DNA of 64,000 bases, from positions 21,576,001-21,640,000 of the forward strand of contig NC_043002.1 in NCBI RefSeq assembly GCF_006345805.1. Direction: 5' to 3'. Origin of the DNA: Octopus sinensis (taxonomy: Eukaryota). Below are positions 34,420 through 46,982 of the stretch, one piece after another. A program made the translations under genes and the position numbers. The number at the start of each line of letters is the position of its first letter. The stretch's first letter is position 1. The notes beneath the pieces were generated by a model. That model was not told the DNA's origin. It did not search any database and saw nothing but the letters and a program-made list of their open reading frames with translations.

Positions 34420-37359
34420 ACACTAACCTCCACATTCCTACTCAATGCACAAGGTGTCAGCCCTTCCATCAATGCACAAAAATGGAAGGTCCAATTCATT
34501 GAAGACTGGGTTGGTAACCATTCACACCACATCCCTTTCTTCATTCTCACTGAGACCCACTTGACAACTCCCACTTGGAAGCCGAAGTGAGAGTGAAGAA
34601 TTTCACAACCATCCGCGCGGATCGTATCAGCAGGAGGAAGGGTGGAACTGCCATTTTCCTGCATGATTCATTTACGGCAGATGGAAATAGTATATTCTCC
34701 AACGGCTACTGTGAATCAGTCCACCGTGCACAACAAAGCCAATGACCTGACAGTAATTGGGCTCTATAGGCCGCCCCAAACACCCATACTGTGCTTTAAA
34801 GAATGCCTCAACAGCATTAAGTGCTTTATTCAACAGTGCCATTCTAGCAACATACTCATGATGGGAGACTTCAATCTACCCTGTGTTGACTGGACTACAA
34901 ACTGTTTGAAACCAAGCACTCCCGCCTCAACCGCTGACAAAGAAGCAGCAGAGTCACTTTTCGACTTTACGAATGAGTTTTTCTTGTCCCAACTTGTCCT
35001 TGCACCAACAAGACATCAGAACATTTTGGACCTAGTGTTTAGTAACCACACTAACACTATACATAACGTTACAGTGGAAAAAACCCTTCTTTCAGACCAT
35101 GACATGGTTCCTCTGTCCATGAAATTTCCCCAGCCGAAAGCTAATCCTAGTGACCTTCCTCCAGCCCACCCATTTGACAACATGGATCTCCATAAAGCCA
35201 ACTGGGATGCAATCAGGAACGAGCTATCAAATGTTAACTGGCCTTTACACATACACACATCTCCACCAACTATAAAACATCTTGGCAGATCTTTGTAGAC
35301 ACCGTCACAGACATATGTGCAAAACACTCCCCACGAAGACCTGTGAACAAAAAGTGCAGAATCCCCCAAAACAGAAAAACCATTATCAGAAAAATAAAAA
35401 GAACAAACAAAAAAATTAACAAACTAAAGTACTGCCAACAGCAACACACACATTCGACAGCTATCGCACTGCTTGAATCCAAAAATATAACCTCCAACAA
35501 TGCATGAAGACTCTCATCAATAACCAAAGATCAGTGAGGAGAAGTGCCATTTGAAAAATCAAACTCAACCCCAAAGTGTTCTTTTCATTTGCGAGGAAAC
35601 GCAGGGTCACTGTCTCCACTGTAGGCCTCTAATGACGAAACTGGCACTCTCCAAGATAATGCCAAATCCATGGCCGAGATACTGCAGAAACAATACTGCT
35701 CTGTTTTCAGCAATCCTGATATGGCGATCTGGGCTGTATCAGTGATGTCAACCCCCAACACACTATATCGGACATAACGTTTAGTGCCCCTGATGTCTTA
35801 GCGGCGATAAACGAAATAAAACACAATTCAGCAGTAGGCCCCGATAGGTTCCCTGCTTGTGTCCGAAGGTGTGTCGACACCAACTTGCATCTCCCCTCGC
35901 TAATCTGTGGAGAAACTCACTGGATGCTGGATATTCCAAAAAACCTTCGTCCCAGTCTGTTGTCCCAGTTTCAAAAAGGGAAACAAGTCCCTTGCAGTGA
36001 ATTACCGTCCGATCTCACTCACCTCTCATATCATCAAGGTATTTGAGAGGGTGGTGAGATCCGAATAACCCAATTTCTGGAAAGCAACAGACGGCTGATC
36101 TCCAACCAACATGGGGTTCCGTAATGGAAGGGACTGCCTAACGCAGCTCCTGCATCACTTTGAGGACATTTTGAGAGCTTTGGGAGAGGGCTCCAACACC
36201 GATGTCATCTACCTTGATTTCAGTAAGGCCTTCGACAGGGTCGATCACAAGATCCTATTGAAAAAACTATCCAACATTGGTGTCTCTGGAAAGTTACTGA
36301 AATGGATTAAGTGTTTCCTGACAGACAGATCTCAACATGTTGTAGTTGAAGGGGTTAAAATCAAGCCCAGCCAAAGTCAGTAGTGGCGTTCCGCAAGGCA
36401 CTGTGCTGGGCCCACTTTTTCATCATTTACATTAATGACATTAATGACATCATCATGCACAGCAACATAAAAATCTTTGCAGATGACTCCAAGCTACAGA
36501 AGGTCATAAATGAGGCGAGTGACCGGACATGCCTTCAGTCAGATCTACTGGCTGTTATCCAATGGGCAGAAAAAACAATATGCTGCTGAACGAGGATAAA
36601 TTTGAGCTAATCCACTTTGGAAAAGAGGATGCCCTGAAACTCCCATACTCCCTTCCTTCAGGTGAAACTCTCGCGGCGTCCAACAACATCAGAGACTTGG
36701 GAGTAATTGTGGACAACAACGTAAGCTGGGCCACTCATATAAACACCAAAGTTGACATGGCCCGCAGAATGTGTTCCTGGATTCTCAGAACTTTCCAGTC
36801 GAGAGATATCCACACCATTATCCTTCTCTTCTCCACTTTTGCCCGACCCCACCTTGAATACTGTTGTCCACTGTGGTCTCCCCACACAATACAAGGTATC
36901 ATAAAAGTTGAAGCACCTCAAAGGGCAATCACAAAAAGATAGATGGCATGACAGGCCTCGACTATTGGGGTCGACTAGAAAAGCTAAAACTCTATTCTCT
37001 CAACGTCGTCGTGAGCGCTACATCATCTGCATGATGTGGAAAATATTCCATCAGCATTGCCCAAATGATGTGGCATCACCTTTAAGGTACATCCAAGGCT
37101 TGGGCCCCGTGCCATCCGCCCAAAACAAAAATCGCACTCTCATCTCATAACAACAATACGGCACAATTATTTCACCTCAATTGGCCCCGCTCTCTTTAAC
37201 ATTACACCAAAACACATTAAAACAGAAACTGACCCTATAGGGTTCAAGAAGTCTTTGGACAGATTCCTTCAAGAAATCCCGGATAAACCCCCTACACCCG
37301 GATATGTCTCTGTAAACAATAACTCTCTACTTGAGTGGGCCATAGTGCCCAAATTCTGA
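34420..37359 (+). CDS. LINE ORF2: APE endonuclease plus reverse transcriptase (frameshifted in this assembly)
   Basis: LLNAQG, LTETHL, RADRISRRKGGTAIF, GLYRPP, MGDFNLP, PTRHQNILDLVF, SDH, NYRPISLT, QHGFR, YLDFSKAFDRVDH, GVPQGTVLGP, FADDSK, RDLGVIVD, RPHLEYCCPLWSP. Confidence 0.93.
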
Positions 37360-37444
37360 CTTGAAAGACTTCACGAGGTGGTGCTATTAAGTTAGACATG
37401 GCCTGGGCCAATAATGGCCGAAACCTATCAAAGTATCAAAGTAT

Positions 37445-37990
37445 ATATATAGATATATATATAGATATATACATATATATATATATAGATATATATATAT
37501 ATAGATATACATATATATATATATAGATATATATATATATAGATATATACATATATATATATAGATATATATATAGATATATACATATATATAGATATAT
37601 ACATATATATATATAGATATATACATATATATATATAGATATATACATATATATATATAGATATATACATATATATAGATATATAGATATATACATATAT
37701 AGATATATACATATATATATATAGATATATACATATAGATATATACATATATATAGATATATAGATATATACATATATAGATATATACATATATATATAT
37801 ATAGATATATACATATATAGATATATATAGCAAAAACTGTCTGATGAACGGCAACGAGAAACTTAGATATATATAGATATATATATACACACACACACAC
37901 ACATGCATATATGTGTATGTATACGCATATATATATATGTATGTATATACTTGTAATATGTATGTATGTACATATTTATGCATGAATGTA
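37445..37990. repeat. (TATATAGA/TATACA)n microsatellite
   Basis: Direct reading. Confidence 0.92.
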
Positions 37991-38188
37991 CATATGTATA
38001 TAGCTTGTGGCTATTTTCCATTGAGTTATTCAGAGTTTCATACCTAGATAAACCACAAGAGTTTTTGCAGCTTGAGTCATTATATAATCATTTTCTGCTT
38101 GTCTGAAACTTGTTTACATTTCCTGTAACAAGATCTATGCATCTTAACATCGACAATTTATGACGTTGTAATATTGGGTAAATGATCT

Positions 38189-38221
38189 CTGATGAGTCTT
38201 TAATGAAAGACAAAACTAGTT
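38189..38221 (+). ncRNA. Decayed hammerhead motif (G12A)
   Basis: CUGAUGA GUCUUU-aaug-AAAGAC AAAA CUAGU U; 6-bp stem II, palindromic ACUAGU; stem I unclear. Confidence 0.5.
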
Positions 38222-38337
38222 GCATTGATATTCATATCAAGTTGCTGGAGCCACTGCAGCTTATCCAGGAGAACTAATTTCACTGCCAGAGTAAAATTGT
38301 TTGCTGAACATATTTTATATAACTTGCATATATATGT

Positions 38338-38626
38338 GCATAAAAGCACCATCCAAACATGGCCGATGCCAGCGCCGCCTTGACCAGCTTCTGTGCCGGT
38401 GGCACGTAAAAAGCACCAACCAATCGTGGCCGCTGCCAGCCTCCCCTGGCACGTAAAAAGCACCCACTACACTCACGGAGTGGTTGGCATTAGGAAGGGC
38501 ATCCAGCTGTAGAAACACTGCCAGATCAGACTGGAGCCTGGTGCAGCCTCCTAGCTTCCCAGATGCCAGTCGAACCGTCCAACCCATGCTAGCATGGAAA
38601 ACGGACGTTAAACGATGATGATGATG
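38338..38626 (+). mobile_element. RTE 3' UTR fragment
   Basis: GGAAGGGCATCCAGCTGTAGAAAC...CGGACGTTAAACGATGATG. Confidence 0.9.
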
Positions 38627-39070
38627 TGCGTTGTGTCGTGTGTGTGTGTTATAGAGGTGCGTTTGCTGCATTTGTTGCCTAGATTTTTGTACATACTGCT
38701 GATAATAGTGGAACTAATAATGCAACTAAACAAAGATCTCTAAATAGCAATAGAGAACAATGAAAGGTTTATAATAATATTTACATTGTTCTTTTGTGTT
38801 GAGTGTTCTTTTTTTCTTGTTTCTAAATTCAAACATACATGTACACACACACACATTTCTTTGTTTAGTCATTTATTTAATATTCATTTTCCCATGCTTG
38901 CCTCAGGTTTTATGTAGGAATTATTGGCGGCAAGAATTTATGACTGGATGCTCTTCCTCTCACTAACACTTATTTTTGCAAGTAAGGAACGTTAACAACA
39001 CTGCAGCTTTGCTCAAGCAGTGAGAAGCATGGAATATCAGCATTTATGCTCATTTATGCAAGTACAGGTA

Positions 39071-39962
39071 CAAAGGTGGTATCAAAATGTTCCTGGGCTA
39101 GTTCTGTAGTGTACCAATGGATGGCTGTACATGGTTGCTTGCACAGTGAGAGCTAGTAGTGACTTTCGTGTGCTGAGTGATATTGCTGTGTTTACTTTGC
39201 AAGTTGTGAAATTTGTGTTGTGATCATGTATCTGCTGTTGTCTGCAATTTTGTCATAGACAGGAACAAAGAGCCAATGTGAAATTTTGTGTTAAACTTGG
39301 GAAGTCTGCCACAGAGACATTGAGCATGCTTTGGCAAGCTTGCAGTGAAGAGGCAATAGGTTGTATTCAATGTTTTGTGCGGCATGGGTGCTTCAAGAGC
39401 AGATCTTCCATGAAAGACGAAGAGTGATCTGAAAGACCTGCTATAAATGTTATCCCTGTAAATGTGGTATTGGGCATCGAGAATTCATCCTCCAGGGCCA
39501 AACTGTCAATTGAGAGTTCTACTGTGACATTCTGAAGCATTTGATGGAGGACATGCAGCAAGGGTGACTGGATCTGTGGAGCACAAAGAATTGGATTGTC
39601 AAGACGACAATGCACCCAGTCACTTATAAGTTTCTTACCAAAGACAGCATGGTATCACTTCTGCACCTGCCCTCTTTGCCAGAGTTAGCACCTGTGGACT
39701 TCCATCTCTTCTCCAAAATGAAAATGCAGCTCAAAGGTTGCTGTTTTAACAATGTTGTAGATATCCAGAGCAGATCACAGAAGGTTATTGACTAACTCAC
39801 AGAAAACGACTTCCAGGCCAGATTCCAGAAATGGCAGGGATGCTGGGACCAGTGTATTGCTGTACAAGGTGACTATTTTGAAGGTGATGATGTTAAAACT
39901 TAGATAATTAATACATTTTTTATTAAACATAACTAGTTTGGTAACCTTTTGATGCCACCTCG
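39071..39962 (+). mobile_element. Internally deleted, decayed mariner transposon
   Basis: EQRANVKFCVKLGKSATET (N-terminal HTH), DDNAP, LPELAPVDFHLF, GDYFEG; imperfect TIRs (AAAGGTGGTATCAAAATGTT / AACCTTTTGATGCCACCTCG); TA flanks at 39069-70 and 39963-64. Confidence 0.9.
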
Positions 39963-40866
39963 TATAGAAACACGCACACATATACACAGATCATCATCAT
40001 TTACTTATTGTTGTCATTTTATCAACTACTTTTCCATGCTTGCAATATGTCAAGATGTCTGGTCTTAATTTCATGGTGGACTGTAAACAACGCCATCTGA
40101 ATGAAGAGTATGACTTTTGCTTACAATTAGCAAACACATGCGCAAGGCTGAAGGTAAATACTCGCTCGCTCACTCACTCACTTACTTGAAGCAGGTTGAG
40201 AAATAAGATAGAGGTTTTCTCATTGGCTGAGGGCTGTTGGGGTAGGGAAGTAGCATTTAGAGGTTTAAAGGTGATGTATAGGGGGTGGAGAACGAGTGTA
40301 GAGGTAGTCTGTGGGGAGGATGATAAAAGATGGTATAATAGAGTGGAGTGTTGTGGGGGTGTAGAAATGGGGGTGAGTTCATGGTGGAAGGGTGAAAAGA
40401 TGGGATGGAGAGGGAGAGGTGTATGAATTTGGTGTGCAGTAGATAAAAAGTTGAATGGCGGGGTTGGGAAACTGAGGTATGTACGTGTGTGTGTGTGTGT
40501 GTGTGTGTGAGGTGAGGTGCTGATTGATTTAATAGAATTACATTACAAATTGATTTGTAACGTCATTGTGGCTCAAATAATTCTCATTCACTCATATATT
40601 TGTATGTAGATGTATGTATATGTGTAAACACATGTCTATACATTCATGTCTGCACACACATGCACGAACGCATGCATACACATGCACATGTATGCATGTG
40701 TATGTGATAATGTAGATGTATGCGTACATTTCTATTGTATGCGTAAATGTGCATGCACGCATGTGTGTATATGTGCTTGTGACTGTTTAATTTCCTGGCT
40801 TGCATTATCTTTGCAAATTTGCATTAGTGGGCATAACGATGATAATAATATTGATAATGATATACA

Positions 40867-40904
<38 letters not shown>

Positions 40905-40924
40905 CATATATGTTATGAAGATGA

Positions 40925-41240
40925 TTGATGTTGATTTTCAGAATGACAACAATAATAATAATAACAATAATAATAATAATAACAATAATAATAATAATAA
41001 TAATAACAATAATAATAACAATAATAGTAATAATAATAACAATAATAATAACAATAATAATAACAATAATAACAATAATAATAACAATAATAATAATAAT
41101 AATAATAATAACAATAATAATAATAATAATAATAACAATAGTAATAATAATAACAACAATAATAATGATAGTAATAATAATAATGATCATAATGATAAAA
41201 ATAATGATAATAATAATGATGATAGTAATAATTGCTATCA
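40925..41240. repeat. (AAT/AAC)n microsatellite
   Basis: Direct reading. Confidence 0.97.
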
Positions 41241-43419
41241 TTATTAAAGGCAGATAATTTAATGGTATTCAAAATAACTACGACACTGTCCATGATGTTG
41301 ATGATTTCCTTGCAATTAAAAGCATGTTATGAGCTTTATGAAACAAGCATCAATGCAGCAACAAAGCCTTTTTGTTAAAAAAAAAAAAATGAATTCCATT
41401 CCCATGTTCCCTTTTATTTAATCTTCAGTTAAATTAGCAGTTAAATGTCTTAACTGCTACTTTTATCTTCTTTGTTCTTTTTTCCTTGAATAACTTTAGA
41501 TGAGGAAGGACAGTGCCCTTGTTTTTTTTTTTTTTGTTTTATTTCTATTTTTACGGGGGCTTTCGAGATTGGTGAGAGGGAGGAAGGAGGTTACACTCAA
41601 AACTGGGGGCTGAAATTTGAATTAGAATGGACTCCAGAGACCAGAGCTTGGAGAGCTGGCTTATAACAGAACAGAATGTTCTGAAAGCATTTAAGAACTG
41701 GATGGTGTTAAACTGGGCAATGAGTATATTCTATTGCCCAAGTAGGAGAACAGCCCCTCTGGCTGGCATTGCAATTGTCTGGTCATCCAAGATTAAAGCA
41801 CAAGATACTTGCTCAAGGGACTTATTCTGAGCTATGATAATCCAGTAGCTAACATCTTGTGTATTGAACAACTTTCAACTCAAATTTTGAATGATGACAA
41901 AGTTCATTTTGTTTCCAAGCCACCCCAGTCACCCATTTTCCAGCTTGTGATTCAAAGATTTACCAGTCGTTATCATTATCCAACATGTGTTTTCATTCTT
42001 TCGAGGTGGGAGATTAGGGAGGGAGATTTGGCAGTTATTTCTAGCAAGTAGAATGTCCACTTAGGTACATTTGCATAAAGTATATCTAGGATTGCATTAT
42101 CTAATATATATATATGCATGTAGACAGTATATGTGCTACTGAAACATTATCCAATCATCATTGTCTTATATCCACTTTCCATGCTGGCATGGGTTAGATG
42201 GGTCGCCGTAGTTTTGGTCAGGGCATATTCAAAGAGTACTGCTTATTTAGAGTGGCTGCAAAGACCACATATCCATTCAGTTTCATTTTCAGTTTGGTTT
42301 CTATGGCTTGATGCCCTTTATAACATCAACTACTTTAAGAGTACATTGGGTATGTTTTGTGGCATCGTTCCTAAGAAATATGATTTTGATGAGACCAACA
42401 TATTTCTCAACCTTACACTTTACAGGGTGTACTGTATGCATTTCTTTACTTGGTTACCCCTGCAGTACAGGCGCCAGATCTACAGAATGACTTAATGGAC
42501 CTCTTGATCCAATTTCCGCTTGCTCATCAGCCTCTTTATAGAGTGAGGGGCATGAAGGATAAGACTGATAGATGCATGAACGATAAGTCATAAGAGAGAT
42601 GAGTGGTAAGGGTACTCAGTATTCTGAAACAAGTTTGTACAGTGATAGTAATGTAAGCCAGAAGATAGAGAGATAGCAGAGGCAATGTGAACCAGGAGAT
42701 AAAATGAGGATAGAAGGAAATGTGAGACATATGAGAGGAAAGGAATAGGAATATAATAGTGGAGCAAAGAGATGAATCACGATGTATGGGTGTAGACAGA
42801 CAATGTATCTAGAACTATTTTATCCAATGCACAGTGGTTATCTACAGGGAAGGCACATGGTCTTATGTTTATGACGTTGGATTCAGGATCGAAAGGTCAA
42901 GCATTTGATTGTTGTGCATTGTCTCCTTGAGCAAGGCTCTTCACTTTACGTGGCTACAGTGTTTTCCAGCTGTAAAGTATACCAGCCTAGCACTGGTACA
43001 GTCCATTCTCCTTACATCTGTCACATACTATATTTTTCACTAGGTCAAGAGTGGGAGGGCCCAGGGAATATTTGTGTTTGCTTACTATAAGCTGTCTATG
43101 ACTGCTTGTGACCACATGGGCATCGAAAACAATTACCCAAAATTCAGTACATGTTACCTATCCATACGCATTCATGGACAAGGGCTAACTCTAAAACGCA
43201 TTAGGACTATATTATCTTGGCAGGGTGGGATTTAATGTAGCTGTGTTTGCTGTTTCTATTAGATCAAGCTACCTTATAGTGATTCCTTCATTTGCTCATT
43301 GTAATGTTGCTGCTGATGTTGTTTAGCCCCAGGTCAACTCTTCTTGAGCAGAGATATGATTGCATGATCAACAGCATTCAAGTCTTAACCATCTTTATAA
43401 TAATATATATATATATATA

Positions 43420-43900
43420 ATATATATTATGGCTGCCCCCTCGTTATCAAGTATGGCCATTGCACGAAGCTTAACTGTTACTGGTGCTTTGATCGAATGT
43501 GACTTTTTAGCCCAGCTAAAGATCTACAATGTCTTGTACAAAATTGGCAACTAAAACCTTTACTGGTAATAGCCAGCTGTAGTTGTAACTGGGCTTCATG
43601 TACCTTTGCATGTCGTTTAAGTCCTCCTGCCAAATTACACTCTCTTCCACATGCCCGACAGATATGATTAGTATGGTGTGTTACACCACCACCAGTGGCC
43701 AGGTTGTCACTCATCTGTCTCGTTTTATGACTACGAAGATGACTCTTGAGTTCAGCTTTACTGAGGCAGGGTCTTGCACAGACATTGCATGTCAGCATCA
43801 AAGGAAGACCCTTCCCTTCTGGAAGTGTTACAGCGATGCCCTTCCTGACATCCCTCCTTACTTCCTCATGTGCAACTCAAGATTTCTCAAAAGTGGCTGT
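43420..43900 (-). mobile_element. 5'-truncated RTE-type LINE ending in three C2H2 zinc fingers
   Basis: ORF 43478-43801: CNVCARPCLSKAELKSHLRSH, CRACGRECNLAGGLKRHAKVH, CQFCTRHCRSLAGLKSHIRSKH; upstream FEKS*VAHEEVRRDVRK; short 3' UTR ending GAGGGGGCAGCCATAAT. Confidence 0.8.
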
Positions 43901-44337
43901 CCCCTCATGCACAATCATCATACATACATACATGCATACATACATACACACATACATACATACATATATAGTACTGTGTAGTCTGACGTATCCTTTCTTT
44001 TTTTTTTTAAGATAGTGAGAGAAATTTAGCAGCTATTTCTTGTAGGGATGTGACTAATTAAAGACTCTCTATACAGATGATGTTTTCAAGCTTGTTGACA
44101 TCTGTGGTGCCAACGACACATTACGTAGATGCAGCAGCATTAAAATTTCCATTTGACATCTATTGAACTTCGCAGCAAGAGAGCCATCCTTTGGGAGATA
44201 TAAGAAATCTGGGGAGGAAATTGCTAACAAACTGCTTTGATACTGGGAAACGGAATATCTGATTTTCAAATAATTAAAGATTGCACATTTCAGCTGCCAT
44301 CATATACTGATTATTGTCATTAGCCTCCTCCTCTTCC

Positions 44338-44478
44338 TCATCATCATCATCATCATCATCATCACCATCATCATCACCATCATCATCATCATCATCATCA
44401 TCACCATCATCATCACCATCATCACCATCATCACCATCATCATCATCATCATCATCATCATCACCATCATCATCATCG
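44338..44478. repeat. (CAT/CAC)n microsatellite
   Basis: Direct reading. Confidence 0.97.
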
Positions 44479-45534
44479 CCATTGGTTATCTAACGTGACT
44501 CATTATTGTTATTAATCGTTGTCATCATCATTATTATCATCATTGTTGGAGGTAGCCATCATTATTGCTATCATTGTTATCACCAGCCTCATTGCCATTG
44601 TTATCACCTTTGCTGTTGTCGCCATTGTCGTCATCGTCATCTGTTGAAGGTGGCTGTCATCATCATAATCATCATCACCATCATTATTATTGTTGTCATC
44701 ATCATCATCAACATCATAACCATGTCCAATAAATTTCACGAAACGTTTCTTGAATTTGTTAATATGTATCTTATTACTTCATTTAGCTATCTAGATACCA
44801 TTTCCTCAGTGCCAAACACAGCGAGATATCTCACCTCTATTTGCTATGCAAAAGTTCACAAGCAGATAAATATTAGTCTCTACATATGTATGTATGGATG
44901 GATGTATGTATGGATGGATGTATGTATGGATGGATGTATGGATGGATGGATGTGCAGTATTGAGAGCCTGATAACACAACACATCTCTAATATTCTTCAT
45001 GTTTTGCTAATTTATTGTTTTTTTTCTTACATTCAGCATCATGTTATACACACACACACACACACACTAATGTATATATGCATTCAACATCATGTTATAT
45101 ATATATACACATATACACACACACGTAAAAATCACTCAGCATCACATTACACACACATACGTACATATATACATTTACTTGCTTATAGCTATCCTTCAAT
45201 GCTGACGATGACGTTGTCCTCTAGGAGTCTTATTCTACATTTTGTCCGTTGATAGATGTGAAAGCAGTCGGATCCTGGAATGGCATGTCCTTGATCATAG
45301 ATGGCAAGGGAAGTTGCCTATTATGTTGCTGTAGAATCTGAGATGACATTGATGTCACTTTATGTTAAGTTTCTTATGTCGGATTAGTTCAAAGTGTGCA
45401 GCTCCTTCATTGCACAGGGATCACCAGGTTTGTTGGTTCTGAGCAAAGTGATCAATTTGTGTCAGTTGAATGTTGCAGAATTTGAGGACAAATTAAGGGG
45501 GTCCCTGAACCTCTTGTGGCCCCCATGCAGGAGC

Positions 45535-45691
45535 ACTGCCTTTAGTTGAGCAAATCGACCCCAGGACTTATTCTTTGTAAGCCTAGTATTTATTCTATCA
45601 GTCTCTTTTGCCAAACCACTAAGCTACAGGGGCGTAAACACACCAGCATCGATTGTTAAGTGATGTTGGGGGGACAAACACAGACACACAA

Positions 45692-45749
<58 letters not shown>

Positions 45750-45945
45750 CAACAGGCTTCTTTTCAGTTTCTGTCTACCAAATCCACTCATAAGGCTTTG
45801 GTTTGCCCAAGGCCATAGTAGAAGACACTTGCCCAAGGTGCCATGCAGCGGGACTGAACTTGGAACTATGTGGTTGGTAAGTAAGCAAATTACCACACAG
45901 CCACTCCTGAGCCTAGCTACTTACCACACAACCACTCCTGCGCCA
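45535..45945 (-). mobile_element. SINE S2 with duplicated 5' end
   Basis: TTACCACACAGCCACTCCTG and TTACCACACAACCACTCCTG in tandem at about 45890-45940. Confidence 0.9.
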
Positions 45946-46004
45946 TGTATGTGCATGCATACATAATCATTTTCCAATGTCTACTTTCCATGCTGGCAAA
46001 AGTA

Positions 46005-46260
46005 AGGTAAAGTTACTTCTCGAGTCATGCTGACTCATAAGGGCTGGTTTCCCGGTTTCCGTGGCATATAAATTTCCCACCTAGACAGGATGCTGGTCTG
46101 TTGCAGGGCTATTCATTCTTACCAGCTGAGTGGACTGGAGCAACGTGAAATGAAGTGTTTTGCTCAAGAACACAACGTGTTGCCTGGTCCAGGAAATGAA
46201 ACCACAATCTTAAGATCATGAGTCCAACACCCTAACCACTAAGCCACATGTCTCCACTTC
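46005..46260 (-). mobile_element. SINE with S3-like head and a different tail
   Basis: CCCTAACCACTAAGCCAC head, GTGTTTTGCTCAAGAACAC CORE-like domain, GTAAGGTAAAG end. Confidence 0.7.
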
Positions 46261-46544
46261 CATGCTGGTATGGGTTAGATGGATCAGCACAATCCAAATC
46301 AGTTCTAATTTGGAGTTTCTGCTATCCCTGGTAGGTCAGAGATTCACACCTCAGTTATATATTTTGGTTTTGGCTTGGTTTCTATGGTTTCATGCCCTTC
46401 CTAACACTATTTATGCTGTGAGTGTGTCCTGATTACTTTTAAGGCTTGTCTATGTATTCATGTCTTAATCTTCGAAAATTTGCCATTGACCAAGTCTGGC
46501 ATTGTTTTCTGTCACTTTTCCTTTTCTTCTTCTTTTGCAAAAGT

Positions 46545-46675
46545 AGCAGTTCAGCAAAGAGACTGATAGAATAAATACTAGTCTTACAAAGAATAAGTCC
46601 TGGGGTCAATTTGCTTGACTAAAGGTGATGCTCCAGCATGGCAGCAGTTAAATGACAGAAAGAAGTAAAAGAGTA
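46545..46675 (+). mobile_element. SINE S2 3' half
   Basis: ACAAAGAATAAGTCCTGGGGTC...CTCCAGCATGGC. Confidence 0.8.
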
Positions 46676-46739
46676 TATGTATGTATGTATGTACAGTGTG
46701 TATATATATATATATATTATATATATATATATATGTATC

Positions 46740-46982
46740 ATAATCATCATCATCATTGTTTAACATCCACTTTCCATACTGGCATGGGTTGGACGGTTGG
46801 ACTGAGGGCTGGTGAGCCAGAAGGCTGCACCAGTCTCCAATCTGATCTTTCAAAGTTTCTACAGCTGGATGCCCTTCCTAACACCAACCACTCCAAGAGT
46901 GTAGCGGTCACTTTTACGTGCCTCCAGTACAAGGGCCAGTCAGGTGATACTAGCATCAGCCATGCTCAAATGGTGCTTACAA
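46740..46982 (-). mobile_element. RTE 3' UTR fragment
   Basis: GGATGCCCTTCCTAACACCAACCACTCC. Confidence 0.85.

Larger units (their letters stand above)
32841..37444 (+). mobile_element. Near full-length CR1-type LINE, about 4.6 kb
   Basis: ORF1, APE endonuclease and RT all present; 3' stem-loop GGCC AATAAT GGCC and tandem tail TATCAAAG; same compound microsatellite on both flanks. Confidence 0.92.

Noticed and set aside
43478-43801. Host C2H2 zinc-finger gene
   Set aside because: No TGEKP linkers, an in-frame stop shortly upstream, and an RTE-type 3' end directly after the stop codon.
44069-44269. Possible small exon or ORF on either strand
   Set aside because: Weak splice signals and no recognisable protein similarity.
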